Below, piece after piece: positions 24,600 to 35,621 of a stretch of 64,000 nucleotides of DNA (positions are counted from its first letter, which is position 1; each line of letters begins with the position of its first letter). Source of the DNA: Hyaloraphidium curvatum SAG 235-1 (taxonomy: Eukaryota > Fungi > Monoblepharomycota). The notes under the pieces were generated by a model that had not been told where the DNA came from, made no database searches, and saw only the letters and a program-made list of their open reading frames with translations. The translations under genes and the position numbers were made by a program. The stretch spans positions 806,001 through 870,000 of the forward strand of contig JAIVFI010000004.1 in NCBI GenBank assembly GCA_025558095.1, given 5' to 3'.

Positions 24600-25238
24600 G
24601 TGACGGTCCCAAAACGTCTGCCGCCCCACAAAGACATCCTGACGATGTTTGCGGGTCGCGGATCGGGCGACGACGGCTTCGATCCGCGGCGCCGCGGATT
24701 CCGGCCTCGAGTTCCATGGTCAAGAGCACAGAAGCTCGGTCGTGCAATCGCCAAATCCGTGGGAGCCTCGGCGCAAACGGGTCGTCCGACTGTTCCAAGC
24801 TGGCCACAGCTGCCTCGAGGACCAGGGGCCGCCGCCTCAGGGCAACGGCAACCCCAGCCTCCTTGCACTGGCCTTCCTGTACTCCTCGTCCTCGAGCCTC
24901 GCCCGGCCCTTCGTCGTGTTCTTGATCAGGCTCAGGTGCAGCCGCCGGTCGAGGTCGGTCACCTCGCCGAACTGCGCGATGATGAACTACCCCCACACGG
25001 CCTCTTCCTCCGGCCGCCACGGCCAGTCCCAGTTTGCGGGCGTTTTCCCGGGCTTCTTTGCGGCGGCCGGGCCGACCTTGGCCGCCCCCGCGCCCTGTGC
25101 GGCTTTGCACGCGTCCCTGTGGCCGGCCCTCCACGCGCTCCGCTGGCACTCGGCGGAGCAGTACCGCGCGGCGCGGCACCCCGTGCACGTCTTGTCCGCG
25201 GGCGCGCCGCATGCGTCGCTGGCGGGTGGGGCACTCAT
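24600..25238 (-). pseudogene. MYND-type zinc-finger gene, apparently disrupted
   Basis: CTGCRAARYCSAECQRSAWRAGHRDAC; in-frame TAG near 24987 followed by continued coding-like sequence (FIIAQFGEVTDLDRRLHLSLIK) and another stop/frameshift; 3' limit approximate. Confidence 0.6.
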
Positions 25239-25470
25239 GGGACCGGAGGGAGAGAACGGCGGGCGGGGAGACAGGGTCGTCCCAGGGTCGTCCGCCAAGG
25301 GACGCTCCCGCATGAGGAAAGGCCTCCTAAACCGCGATGCGGACCACGGCGGGGACAAATCGGCCCGATCTTGGACACTTCGAAGCTCGTCTTATCCCGA
25401 TTTGTTCGCGAAGTCTCTGTCTGCTTTTCATCGTCGGTTCACTTTGCGACGCTCGCGCATAGCACGTCGC

Positions 25471-26184
25471 TCAGGGGACTACGTCCGCACCGTAACCGTA
25501 CGAGGCCCAGTACTCGTGCTGTTGCTCAAGCGTCCACCCGCCATCGGCACTGCAGTCGACCAGCCCGCGGATTTCAGCCCTCCACCCCCTCGGGCGCGGA
25601 CGCCTCCCGTACGGCGGAATCCACAGGTCTTGGACCAGGTCGGGGGAGCCCAAAAAAGCAGGATATGCGGGGTGAATGACCAGCGATCCGCTCTTTGCCA
25701 AGACATTGAGCTCCGTCAGCAAGTACTGGATCTGCCTGAGGGCCGCGGATGTGACGACGGCGTGGCGGATCCGCCCGGCGGCCGCGCCAATGAGGTCCAT
25801 GGCAAAGCTCACTTGGGAGCCGGCAAGGTCCACTTCGAGCGAGCCAAGGTGCTTCATCTCCATCAGCAAGAAGCGGAGCTTCCTGATTTCCGCCTCCCCC
25901 ATGCCCGCGAGCCGCACCGAGACCTCGGACACCAGCTTCGGGTCGTCCAGCACGGAGCCGAGGAGCAGGAACCGCTGCCGATCGAAACGGAACCTCCTGA
26001 CGACGCATTCCAGGTTTCGTAGGTTGATGTCGATGCGCCGGAGGAGCGGCTCGTGGCCGATGGCGTAAGTCGCCCGGTCGGCCATGAGCCGGTGGAGCAG
26101 CGCCCGGCGCCACCCGCGAGCCGCGAGCACTTCCATGATCATCCGCACGAGCTCCGCGGGGAGCGTGGGGTCGGCGGCGGCCAT
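25471..26184 (-). CDS. Hypothetical protein with F-box-like N-terminus (lineage-specific family)
   Basis: MAAADPTLPAELVRMIMEVL resembles the F-box LPxEL..I start; intronless 237-aa ORF; degenerate paralog at 28.3-29.0 kb. Confidence 0.65.
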   Translation of the reverse strand: MAAADPTLPAELVRMIMEVLAARGWRRALLHRLMADRATYAIGHEPLLRRIDINLRNLECVVRRFRFDRQRFLLLGSVLDDPKLVSEVSVRLAGMGEAEIRKLRFLLMEMKHLGSLEVDLAGSQVSFAMDLIGAAAGRIRHAVVTSAALRQIQYLLTELNVLAKSGSLVIHPAYPAFLGSPDLVQDLWIPPYGRRPRPRGWRAEIRGLVDCSADGGWTLEQQHEYWASYGYGADVVP

Positions 26185-26396
26185 CGTGAGCGGGGAGAAG
26201 CAGCTAGGGAGCGTTTCGACGTTGTGAACGCCACGTCATCCCTTGTCTTCCTTGTGAGAAGGGTATCAAGGTCCGATACTCAACGAGCTGATTCCAATAC
26301 TCCAATACGACATTTATTGCAGAGAACCTTACATCATTGCGAACGACTTTGTTACATAGAACCTGACCATCCGCCAGACCCATGATTGCCATGAAT

Positions 26397-26448
26397 GTCG
26401 AACCGGTCAAGGGAGCCCCATGGTCGAACCGGTCAAGGGAGCCCCATG
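26397..26448. repeat. Perfect 26-bp tandem duplication
   Basis: gtcgaaccggtcaagggagccccatg at 26397-26422 and 26423-26448, spanning the stop codon of the Cys-rich gene. Confidence 0.9.
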
Positions 26449-27837
26449 GCCATGAAGGTCAGAGCGATCCCGATCAAAAAGTCAGCTGCAGCTCGTCTCG
26501 AGGTGGCCGCGCTGGGCCTCGATGCAGCCGGGGCGGAGGACGGTGCCGTGGTCGGCTGTGTCGCAGACGAAGTGGCCGCAGCCGGCGCCTCGGTGCCAGT
26601 TGCCGCCGGTTGCCCCACTTCCTCCTCCACCAGCTCCTCAAGAGGCTCCTCCATCGGCTCCTCGCCGTTTGCACCGAGCGCGAACGAGGTCCCCGGCTTG
26701 GATTTGCAGGTCTGCGTCACGGCGTCGCAGAATCCGCTCGCGCACTGCCTGTTGCCGTCAATCCGAGGGCAAGACGAGCCCAGGGGCTTGCGGGTTTCGC
26801 ATTCCGTAGCGCCGCAGTACTGCCGCGACGTGCACTGCGAATGGTTGTCGCACGCAGCGCACTTGCCGGCCTTGCAGATGCCGCTCCTGCATTTGGCCGG
26901 GCGATCGCACAGCAGGCCATTGTTGTGCTTGGGACGGCAGCCGTTCAGGCCGTCCGGGTCGTTGGTCACGCAGAAGGCCTGGGACATGGCCGGGATGCCG
27001 ACGCACTTGCTGTCGTCCCGGCAACGTACGCACTTGCCCCCGAGGCACGAGTTGGACGCGCACTCGCGGTCGGAGGCGTCGCTGACGATGAAGGGACAGG
27101 GAGCATCCAGCACCTTGCGGTCGAAGCATCGCTTGGAGAAGCCGCAGTATTTGTCCGACGGGCAGTTCCTGGCACCGGTTGAGATAAGGTCAGACCAGCC
27201 TGATGGCGCGTCCAGTGCCGCTCTGTACCCACTCGTGGATGAGGCACTCGACGCACTTGCCGAAGTTGCACCTGCCCGAGAGGCATTCGGCGTCCCCGGC
27301 GATGAGGGAGCAGTCGGCGTCGAGAGGCTTGCGGGGCTGGCAAGTGACGCCGGCGCAGTACTGCGCGGCCGGGCACTCGGAGATTCCGCTGCGGCACTGC
27401 GAGCAGATCGAGTTCTTGCAGATCCGGCTCTCGCACATGCCGTCGCGGGAGCACGAGGACGAGACGGAAAGCCGGTTGCGGCAGGCCTTGGCGTCGGTGC
27501 AGAATCGGCCGGCGCCGCAGTGCGAGTCCTCCTTGCAGGCGACGCACCGGCCGAAATCGCAAAAGGTGGAGTCGCACTGCCTGTCGCCGTTGATCAGATC
27601 GCAGGAGTCGCCGTTGGACCTGGGGGGGAGTGGGAGGCAGCCAGAGCAAAGGAGGGAGTCAGTCCTTCGATTCGGCACGAGAACGCCTCCTGCCGGCCCG
27701 AACCTCTTCGAAACGCAGTTGCCAAAGTGGCAGAACTGGGTGGAGCGGCATCCGGCGTCGTTGGAGCAGGCGGCCGCGGCGGGAAGCAGCACCGCCAACG
27801 CGACCAGCACCGCGGCGGCAAGGATGTGGCTCGGCAT
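26433..27837 (-). CDS. Secreted, probably GPI-anchored cysteine-rich repeat protein
   Basis: Signal peptide MPSHILAAAVLVALAVLLPAAAA; repeated C..D..C.S..C..G.C..C units; Ser/Thr/Ala/Pro stalk; hydrophobic C-terminus FLIGIALTFMAMGLP*; two introns (about 27640-27700 and 27175-27235). Confidence 0.8.
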
Positions 27838-28286
27838 GGCGGCGGCGCTGGCGCGGAGCGGGTGGCGGCGGCGGCGCTGGCGACCGACAGGCGAGCAGAC
27901 GAGATAGCAACCGACCGGGAAGATTCCAATCGCGATGAGCTGTGTTGCGGCAACTTGCCGGCCCCAGCCGCCACCACCGAGGACTGGACCTTGCTGCCCC
28001 AAAGGATTCGGACGGCTCCCTCAACCCACCAAAGCACCGCTCCAAGGTCGCCGCATTACTGCGATGTAAGGAATAGCTGTAGTATTAGTTCCGCCCGAAG
28101 TGGTCAGTGCGATGCATTGGACGATCGGGCCCCTGAACCGTCGGACCCGCTGACGCATCTTCCCGACCGACCGTAGCAGCGGTCAAGTACGGGAATAGCG
28201 GCCCGCCCTCGGGGATTGACTAGATTGTTGCGGGTCGTATTCCACTAATCAAGCCTCTCTTCTCTTGTCTCCATCGGGTGGGCCAT

Positions 28287-29020
28287 TCAGGGACGACTAT
28301 CGCGCCGCACGCGTAAGAAGCCCAAAAGCCGCGCTGCTGTTCCACGGTCGGGCCTCCACTGGCACTGCAGTCGACGAGGCCGTGTATCACCGCCCTCCAA
28401 TGCAAGGGCTTGATGTGCCGGGGCCGCGGGAAAATGCCGTCGACCAAGGCTCGCCGGCCGAGCCGCACCGCGCCAATGGCCGGCCGCAGGGTGAGGAGGC
28501 CCCCGCCCGCCACCTGCCGTAGGCATCCAGCAAAATCTGCATCTGGGCGGGGCCGGCAGATTCGACGACGACCTCCCCGGCGGAATGAGCCGCGGCCTCG
28601 GCGAGACGGCAAGCGAACGACGTCCTCCGAGAGCCGGCCACATCGATTCTTGGCGAACGCACGCGTCCGAAACGCGTCAGCAGAGCCTCGAGCCCTTCGA
28701 AGGTCTCGCTGCCCATGCCCGCGAGCCGCACCGAGACCTCCGACACGGGGTCGGCGTCGGGAAGAGGCTAACGGGCGGGGCGAGGGCCCTCATCTCCCGG
28801 AAACTCCCAGCGGAAGAAAGCGATCGAAATGCGTCCTCCGAATCTCGCGATGGCCGCGCGGGCGTTTCCGTCGTGCACGTCGATCCGGCTAACGAGAGGC
28901 GTGAGTCCGCGAGAATAGCTCGCGCGGTCCGCCTGGCAGAAGGAGAGAGGCGTGCGCGCCAGCCGCGCGCGGCGGGCACTTCCAAAATAATCCGAACGAG
29001 CTCCGCGGGGAGCGATGGGT
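28287..29020 (-). pseudogene. Frameshifted paralog of the F-box-like gene at 25471-26184
   Basis: Fragments in different frames match it: LPAELVRIILEVPAARGWR, ADRASYSRGLTPLVSRIDV, SEVSVRLAGMG, GLVDCSASGGPTVEQQRGFWASY. Confidence 0.8.
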
Positions 29021-29122
29021 TCTACATCGCGATCGGGGCACGAAGCACAGTGGAGCGGGGGAACCGGGGGACGCACGCCGCGCACGCGCGGAATCCGCGT
29101 TTCCGCACGCGCATTTCGCAGA

Positions 29123-29713
29123 ATGAATCCCGCCAGGGCCGCCGTCCTGCTCAGTTGCTCGCTTAAGAGGCCCCCATTCGTCGGACTCCGGGCCTTGAGT
29201 CCCCTGGGGGCGCGGGCCAACTCTCCCGTCTCGCTGACCGACTTCCCGGAACCCTCTCCGCCGAAGCTACGCGTCTCGGACCCGGACTATGCCTCCCGCA
29301 TTCGCACCTCGTTCTCGCAGCAGAACGCGATGGCCCTCCTCGGCGCCTCCATCGCCCGCGTGGCGCCCGGGGAGGTCGACATCGACCTGCCGTTCCACGA
29401 AAAGATCACGCAGCAGCACGGGTTCGTGCACGGCGGCGTGATCGCCGCCGTCATGGACTCGGCGTGCGGATATGCCGCGTCGACGCTGATGCCGGCCGAC
29501 GCGGGCGTGCTGACCGTGGAGCTCAAAGCCAACTTCCTGGCGCCGGCGGCGGGGGACGTGTTCCGATTCCGCGGGAAGGTGAAGAGGGCGGGGAGGTCGG
29601 TCAGCTTCGTCGAGGGGGAGGCGTTGGCGGTCAAGGACGGCGCGTCGAGGGTGGTGGCGACGATGCAGGCCACCATGATGACCATCCAGGGGAGGGACGA
29701 CGTGAAGATGTAG
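29123..29713 (+). CDS. PaaI-family hot-dog thioesterase with N-terminal presequence-like extension, intronless
   Basis: QQHGFVHGGVIAAVMDSACG, VLTVELKANFLAPA; Arg/Ser/Leu-rich N-terminus from ATG 29123. Confidence 0.88.
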   Translation: MNPARAAVLLSCSLKRPPFVGLRALSPLGARANSPVSLTDFPEPSPPKLRVSDPDYASRIRTSFSQQNAMALLGASIARVAPGEVDIDLPFHEKITQQHGFVHGGVIAAVMDSACGYAASTLMPADAGVLTVELKANFLAPAAGDVFRFRGKVKRAGRSVSFVEGEALAVKDGASRVVATMQATMMTIQGRDDVKM

Positions 29714-29758
29714 GCTACCTGGCTTGGGCTTGGGCAACAATCTCTTCCACCGAAGCCT

Positions 29759-31409
29759 CTACAGCTTCTGCTTGCCTTCCACGGCCCGCACCGCCTCGAC
29801 CACGGCTTCGCAGATCCTCTTGCCCCGCTCGTCGCCGTTCACTCCGGGGAACATCACATTCATCGCATATCCGGAAGCCACGCGGTGCTCGCGGTTCCAC
29901 TGAATGTGCGAACCCCCCGCTCCAAACCAGCCCGTCCAGCGAAACTCCTTGTCCTTGGGCAGCTTCTCGAAGCGCGCAAGCTTGGGCCGCGCGGGGTCGT
30001 CGTAGCTGATGATGATCTGCGGCCAGGTGGTGCCCTCGTTCGACTCGACGAAGCCGCCGTGCGTCCACTTGAAGCGCAGGTTCAGGACCAGGTCTGCGCA
30101 ATACGTTACCGTCAGAACCGGGCGGGTTCACTTCGGTCGGGATCGGTGACCCACCCTTCTGGTCCTTGTTCTCCTCCTCCACCACGTGCGCCCTCTCCCA
30201 CACCTCCTTCTTCAGGTATTCCTTCCCCCTGAATTTTCCCCCGCACGCCATCACCGCCGCCACCGTCGCCAGCGCGTGCGCGTTGGTCAGCATCGACCCC
30301 GACGGGCTCTGCCCCCTCCACATCCGCCACTCGAACGGCTCCGCCGCGTTCGGATCGCCGTCCAGCGGCCGCGACCCGTCCATCGCCTTGTAGCTCGGGT
30401 GGTCCACGTCCGGCGCGGCGGCGTTGAACGCGTCCCGCACGGGGTGGCTCGCCATCGGGCTCACGAAGGCGTCGGCCTCGCGGGGGAGGCCGCAGTAGCA
30501 CCGCATGCCCAGTTCGCGGCCGAGGGGGAGGAGGAGCTCGCCGATGGAGAGGCCGCGGGTGCGGCGGATGATTTCGTTGACGCACCAGTCGCGCGTGATG
30601 GCGTGGTCTGGGAGCGGGAGGGGTGGGTCAGGTCCGGCCGGGGAGCGGGCACGGCGGGGGGGTACGGACATGCCCGCGTGGTCTTGCCGCCGTTGTTGTG
30701 AGGCTGCTGCGCGATCAGCGCCGCGAGCTTGTCGAGGTTCTCCGTCAGCGTGTACTCGACGGGCGGGCGGTAAGGAGGGTCAACCCAGGCCACGCCGCCC
30801 TGGTCAGGACAAACAGAACACGGTCAGACGGCAACAGCTGGGCAGAAGGGGCGGGTTCCGCACCGAGTGCTCCAGCATCTCCTTCACCGTCACCTTGTCC
30901 TTGTTCCCCACACCGAATTCTGGCCAGATCTTGGCGATCCGGTCGTCGAAGTCAAAGTGGCCCTGCGAGATGCAGAGCAGGGCGACGAACGCGGCCTGCA
31001 GGTTCCTTGAGTAGGCGTTCTCGTTCGTGACCGGCGGTCCGACCACGCACCACCATCTTGCTGGACGAAAACACCACGTTGATCGTCCCGAAATCGTACT
31101 CCTTCGTCATCGCCTTGTCGATCCATCCTCCTACGAGGTCCACGACGACATCCTCGCCGTCTACCGGCCCGTTAGCTTCCACGTGCGGCGCACCGAGGGC
31201 GAAGACCCACGGTACACGCAGCACCCCGCGCCCAGCTCCAAATCCCGCCGGAAATTCTCCTCAAAGGCCCCGAGGACGGGTTCCCAGCCGGGCGCGACGT
31301 AGCCCTTGACGGGGAAGGTCTTGCCCGATGCCGAGGTGACCGAGCGGGAGACATTGACGGTGGGAGGGAGGGGCCGGGGGAGGACGGGGGAGGAAGCGGA
31401 GGAGGACAT
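29759..31409 (-). CDS. Beta-lactamase-like serine hydrolase, second paralog (many introns; possibly degenerate)
   Basis: GYVAPGWEPV, FSSSK (SxxK), IWPEFG, HAITR, TNAHALA, C-terminal GYAMN...AVEGKQKL*; exon structure not fully resolved. Confidence 0.75.
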
Positions 31410-31924
31410 TGGGATGGTCGAGATGCGCTGCTAAGCGCGGTAGAATAGGAGACTTGAGGACGTTTCGGCCCCGACAAGAGGGATGAGGAGGTGGGGGAAG
31501 TCCCTTGTGCGCCCGCGTTCCCGTCAGGTTCTTGTCTGGATGAAAACAATATACACGAAAAGCGTGCCCTGCCCCCCGAAAACTACCCTTCCATCTCGTA
31601 GAGCCACTGAGCCGTGCCATCCACCCGCCTGCTTACCTAACCGGCCGCACCCCCAGCCGCCGTGGACGCCCCGTGCAGCGGGCCCGATCTTGTGGGCCAA
31701 GCGGTGGGCCATGGAGGTCCCCGAACTCCCCAACGAGATGGACTGTGGAGCAGCAGCGGAAGTACTGGGCCTCGTATGGTTATGGGGCCTCCGTGGTCCG
31801 TTGACGACCATGAACGGCCGGCCAGCGACGGCGTTGGCGCCGCGGACGCAGCGGCATCGCAGCAGGAAGTCTGCCATTTGTAACCCATTCTTGTATTTGC
31901 TTTCCGCTCTGGAAACTGCGGACC

Positions 31925-32985
31925 TCATTCGATGGCGCGATCGGCCCCAACCGCCCCTGCGTCCTCCTCGGCGGCCCCGCCATCCTCTTCCGCAGCCCGA
32001 ACATCCTCCTCGAGGATCGACTTGTCGTCTGCTTCATCCGGCATCCTATCCTCGAAAAGCTCCGGTCGGGCAAGGCGGACGTGCTCGACAAAGGCGGCCT
32101 GCTTGTCGGGGTGGATGAAGGTCAGGTCCTTTGCGGAGCCGCTTCATGAGAGTCAGTAAGCCATCCGGAATGGCGGCCGCCCATCTGGCTCACTTGTCGC
32201 GGTTGAACTCTTTGGCCAGCTCCTGGTACTCCGTGGCAACGAGGCGGTTCCTATTGTTGTGGAGCTCCTCGAGCTTGGCTTTCAGGATCTTCGGGTCCGA
32301 CCAGTTCCTCCGCCTGACCTCGCGCTTCAGGATCATCAGCGCCGAATCCTCGTGGCCGAGAATCGTCTTTGGGGCCGGGGCGATCAGGGGAACCAGCTTC
32401 GCGGACAAGTCAATCTCACCTTGGGACGCGGCCGGCTCACCTTGGGAACGGTCCCTGCAGCCGATGAGGTGCGGGACACCGATGATTGCTTCTTGGGCAC
32501 CCGCTTCTTGGGTGGCGGCGTTACCTCGGTGTCGTCCTCCGAAGACTGGGGCGCCGGCGTGACACGTCACCGTACGAATCCGAATCGTGGAGTGAGGAAC
32601 GAACCTCAACCGACTCGACTTCCTGCGCCGTAAAAGCCGAAAGAGCCCTGCTGTCTGCACGCAACCGGTAGGGGGCAGAGCTCTGCTCCTTTGCGAGCGG
32701 GACCGATCGAACAAGGTCGACCGTCCTGCCCTCGGCCGTCCCGTTGCGCCGCACCACGGCCGTCTCGTGCGGCATCTTCCGGTTCCCATCTTGTCCGGCG
32801 CTTGTACGCGCGGTAACAAACTCCTGTGCATCCAGCACGGCGGGCTGATCCCCTGCGACGCCGGCGCTCTCCATCGCCAGGCCCATGATGAAGCGGCGCT
32901 CCTCCTCGGGCAGGGCATCGAGCTTGCCGCTGGTGAAGGCGTTGAGGAAGGCGACCTTGTCAAAGGATGGGGCGCCTTTCGACAT
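31925..32985 (-). CDS. Unknown four-copy family, copy A
   Basis: Header MSKGAPSFDKVAFLNAFTSGKLDALPEEERRFIMGLAME; core ALMILKREVRRRNWSDPKILKAKLEEL..AKEFNRDK | FIHPDKQAAFVEHVRLARPELF; acidic tail; intron after NRDK. Confidence 0.7.
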
Positions 32986-33452
32986 GGCGGCGGCGATTCC
33001 AGTTGTGTTTTTGTTGGAGGTGAGCGACTGGAAGCATGACGATGACTTGGCGCAGCTGTCTCACAACTGCAAAAGCAAACCGCACGCTACAATCCATCAT
33101 GAGCACCCGGCGGATCATCGACATCCATGATGAACATTGATTCGCGGCCAAGGTTCTTGCGAGGACCTGGGACGCGAGTCCAGGGTCGCGGGTCCTTTGT
33201 GAGGGCGATCCACGCGTACCCGGGATCGGCGTCCGGCGGCGTCAGCACGCGCGTTCCCGAGTCCTCCCGACGGACGGAAGGAAGATAGGAAAGGTCGCAC
33301 AGCTCTCGAATTCCTTCATTCTGAGTAACATCAGATATTGAACCCAGCGACTGCGGCGCGGCGCCGTCGGCCACTGCCACCAAGACTCCGCCTCACCCAA
33401 CCGGCGCCTTCCTTTGCTGTCCGGCATTCCGGCGACCCCTGCCGGCACGGGA

Positions 33453-34131
33453 TCAGCTGCTCTCGTCCTCCTCGCCCTCCTCGTCCAGGAATTCCGCAAA
33501 GTTCTGAACCTGCGCCTCCGTCGGGGGGCCGGTAGAGGATCTGGCGTCGAGTTTCGAGAGTAGCTCCCTATGGTTGTTCACGATGATTGCCATGTTCTGC
33601 TGGTTCTGCTGGTTGCCGGACTCGATCATCGCTTGGATATTGTCGAACCTCTGGAGGAGCTGCGTCAGGGCCGCGGGCTGCGGGGGGGAAGGTAAGCTTG
33701 CGGGCGGGGTGCGGGCGGCGTTGCGTGACCCGCGTCTGAGCGGTGCGGCAACCCACCGCCGTCTGGCGCTCCTCGAGCACATGAAGCGGAGCGGCGGTGT
33801 CGGGCAGCGGGGCGGCCTTCAAGGGAAGCGCGGCGGAGAGGGCGACAAGAAGCGCCGCGCCGAGTCGGGCTGCGCCGGGGGACAGTCACGTGGCGCCGCG
33901 GCGGAGCGCCGGCACGCGCACCGATGAGGGACGAAACGCGCATTTTGCACTGATAGCGTGGACGGACTCGAGCGGGGCGGCGAGGGGGAAGGGCAAGTAC
34001 GGGGCGGGCCGAAGGCGGCCGCGGGGCTGTACTACTTTGGCGTCATCCAGGAGTTCACGAGCCACCTCTCGCGGCACGCCGAGTAACTCAGCGCTTACCG
34101 AGGTCAGGTCGCAAGGTTGCCTCGGGTGCAA
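33453..34131 (-). CDS. Hypothetical protein (coiled-coil-like segment, acidic C-terminus); structure unresolved
   Basis: LTQLLQRFDNIQAMIESGNQQNQQNMAIIVNNHRELLSKLD...FLDEEGEEDESS*; upstream exon uncertain. Confidence 0.3.
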
Positions 34132-34471
34132 ACTACGGTCCGCGCCCAGGCTATCGCGGGTCGCGGGAGGCGCCTGCCAGCCTCTTGTGAAGACGCGAAG
34201 GGCCGCCCGATCGTCTCTCTCGGCGTCGAGGTGATCCGACGACCAAACAACACTAAAGAGCTATCTCACAACTCCGATCCATCATCAGCGCCCGGGGAAT
34301 CATCGACATCCGTGCTTACCATCGATTCGCCGCGGTTCTTAAGGGGCGCGAGTCTTCGGGCGCCGGTCCCTTCCCAGAACTTTCCCCGCGTTCCCAACTA
34401 TTCAACTGTCTCCCGCACTGCAGAGCGTCCATCGCCACGCCGGCGAAATAACGGAGCACTCCCCACATGCC

Positions 34472-35383
34472 ATGCCCCTCGACGTGTTCACCGCCGGCGT
34501 CCACCGCACCGCCTCCACCTCCATCTGGGTCGCCCTCCTCGAGCTCGGTATCCCCGCGATCCACTCGTACAGCTTCACGGGCACCCCGCCGTCCGCGTGG
34601 CCGGTCGTGCGCGCCACGGGTTTCGACGTCGGGCTGGAGGACACTGGGCGGCCGCCGGGATTCAACAGGGAGAAGCCGTGGGAGTGCCCCGTGTTTTCCG
34701 ACGGGCTGACGACGTTCGAGGGGACGGCGGACGGCACCAAGGGGGCCGAGGACGCCGACGCGTTCCTCCGCAAGTACTTTTCGGATGCACGCGCGTTCTG
34801 CGACTGTTGCTACGCGTTCGACGCCTTGCGACTCGCGTACCCCAACGCCAAAGTCATCCTGAACGTGCCGCCAACGTCGATGGACAGCTGGTTTGACTCG
34901 CTGCGGTCCAACTTCTTCCCCTTCGACGTGCCACGCGCGTGCGAGGACCTGCGCAAGATGGATGGGCGATTTGTGTTCCCGATGAGGATGGTGTCAGCGT
35001 GGCTCGGGGCGTTCCTCGGCGGGAGGCCGTTCACCAGGGTGGGATCGACCCGTGCGACGACCCCGTGCTTCGTTCTCACTCTCCTTTCACGCTCCTTCCA
35101 CGCCCAGACGAAAGCGATCGCCGCGCACAACGAGCACATCGCCCGCGTGCGCGCCTCCGTCCCGCCCGAGCGCCTCCTCGTCTACTCCGTGGCCGAGGGC
35201 TGGCCCCCGCTCTGCGCTTTTCTGGGCGTGCCCGTGCCAGACCGACCGTTCCCGAAGGTCAACGACTCGGACGCGATGAGGAGCGGGCCGGGGATGACGG
35301 CGACGTGGTTGGCGGCGGGGTTGGGAATCGCGGTAGGGGAAGTGCTGGAGCGGTATGCGTGGGGGCACGACGTGGAGGCTTAG
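34472..35383 (+). CDS. P-loop sulfotransferase-like protein (Sulfotransfer_4 type)
   Basis: AGVHRTASTSIWVAL, AYPNAKVIL, HNEHIARVRASVPPERLL, GWPPLCAFLGVPVPDRPFPKVND; intron about 35039-35107. Confidence 0.85.
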   Translation: MPLDVFTAGVHRTASTSIWVALLELGIPAIHSYSFTGTPPSAWPVVRATGFDVGLEDTGRPPGFNREKPWECPVFSDGLTTFEGTADGTKGAEDADAFLRKYFSDARAFCDCCYAFDALRLAYPNAKVILNVPPTSMDSWFDSLRSNFFPFDVPRACEDLRKMDGRFVFPMRMVSAWLGAFLGGRPFTRVGSTRATTPCFVLTLLSRSFHAQTKAIAAHNEHIARVRASVPPERLLVYSVAEGWPPLCAFLGVPVPDRPFPKVNDSDAMRSGPGMTATWLAAGLGIAVGEVLERYAWGHDVEA

Positions 35384-35621
35384 GACGGGGGGCGAGGGAT
35401 AGGGAGGGACCAGGCAAAGAGAGTGCAAAGAACGTGTTCAGCAAGAGACTGCGAGGCACTTCGCAATCATAAAGGCAATCGTGCCGCTCCCCGCACTTGC
35501 TAACCCTCGAAAAAAGAAGAAAGCATGGCAATCGCTTGCCGACGCTAGCTCGATTGCCCGTAGTACTTGTCCATTCGGAAGCTCATCCCTGCTCCTCCAG
35601 TCAGGGCGCATGTCACTCAGT

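Noticed and set aside
24835-24990. In-frame TAG/TGA in the MYND gene as possible stop-codon recoding
   Set aside because: TAG and TGA terminate many intact genes in this window; pseudogenisation is simpler
26395-28176. 593-aa plus-strand ORF
   Set aside because: Antisense to the Cys-rich surface-protein gene; no recognisable domain
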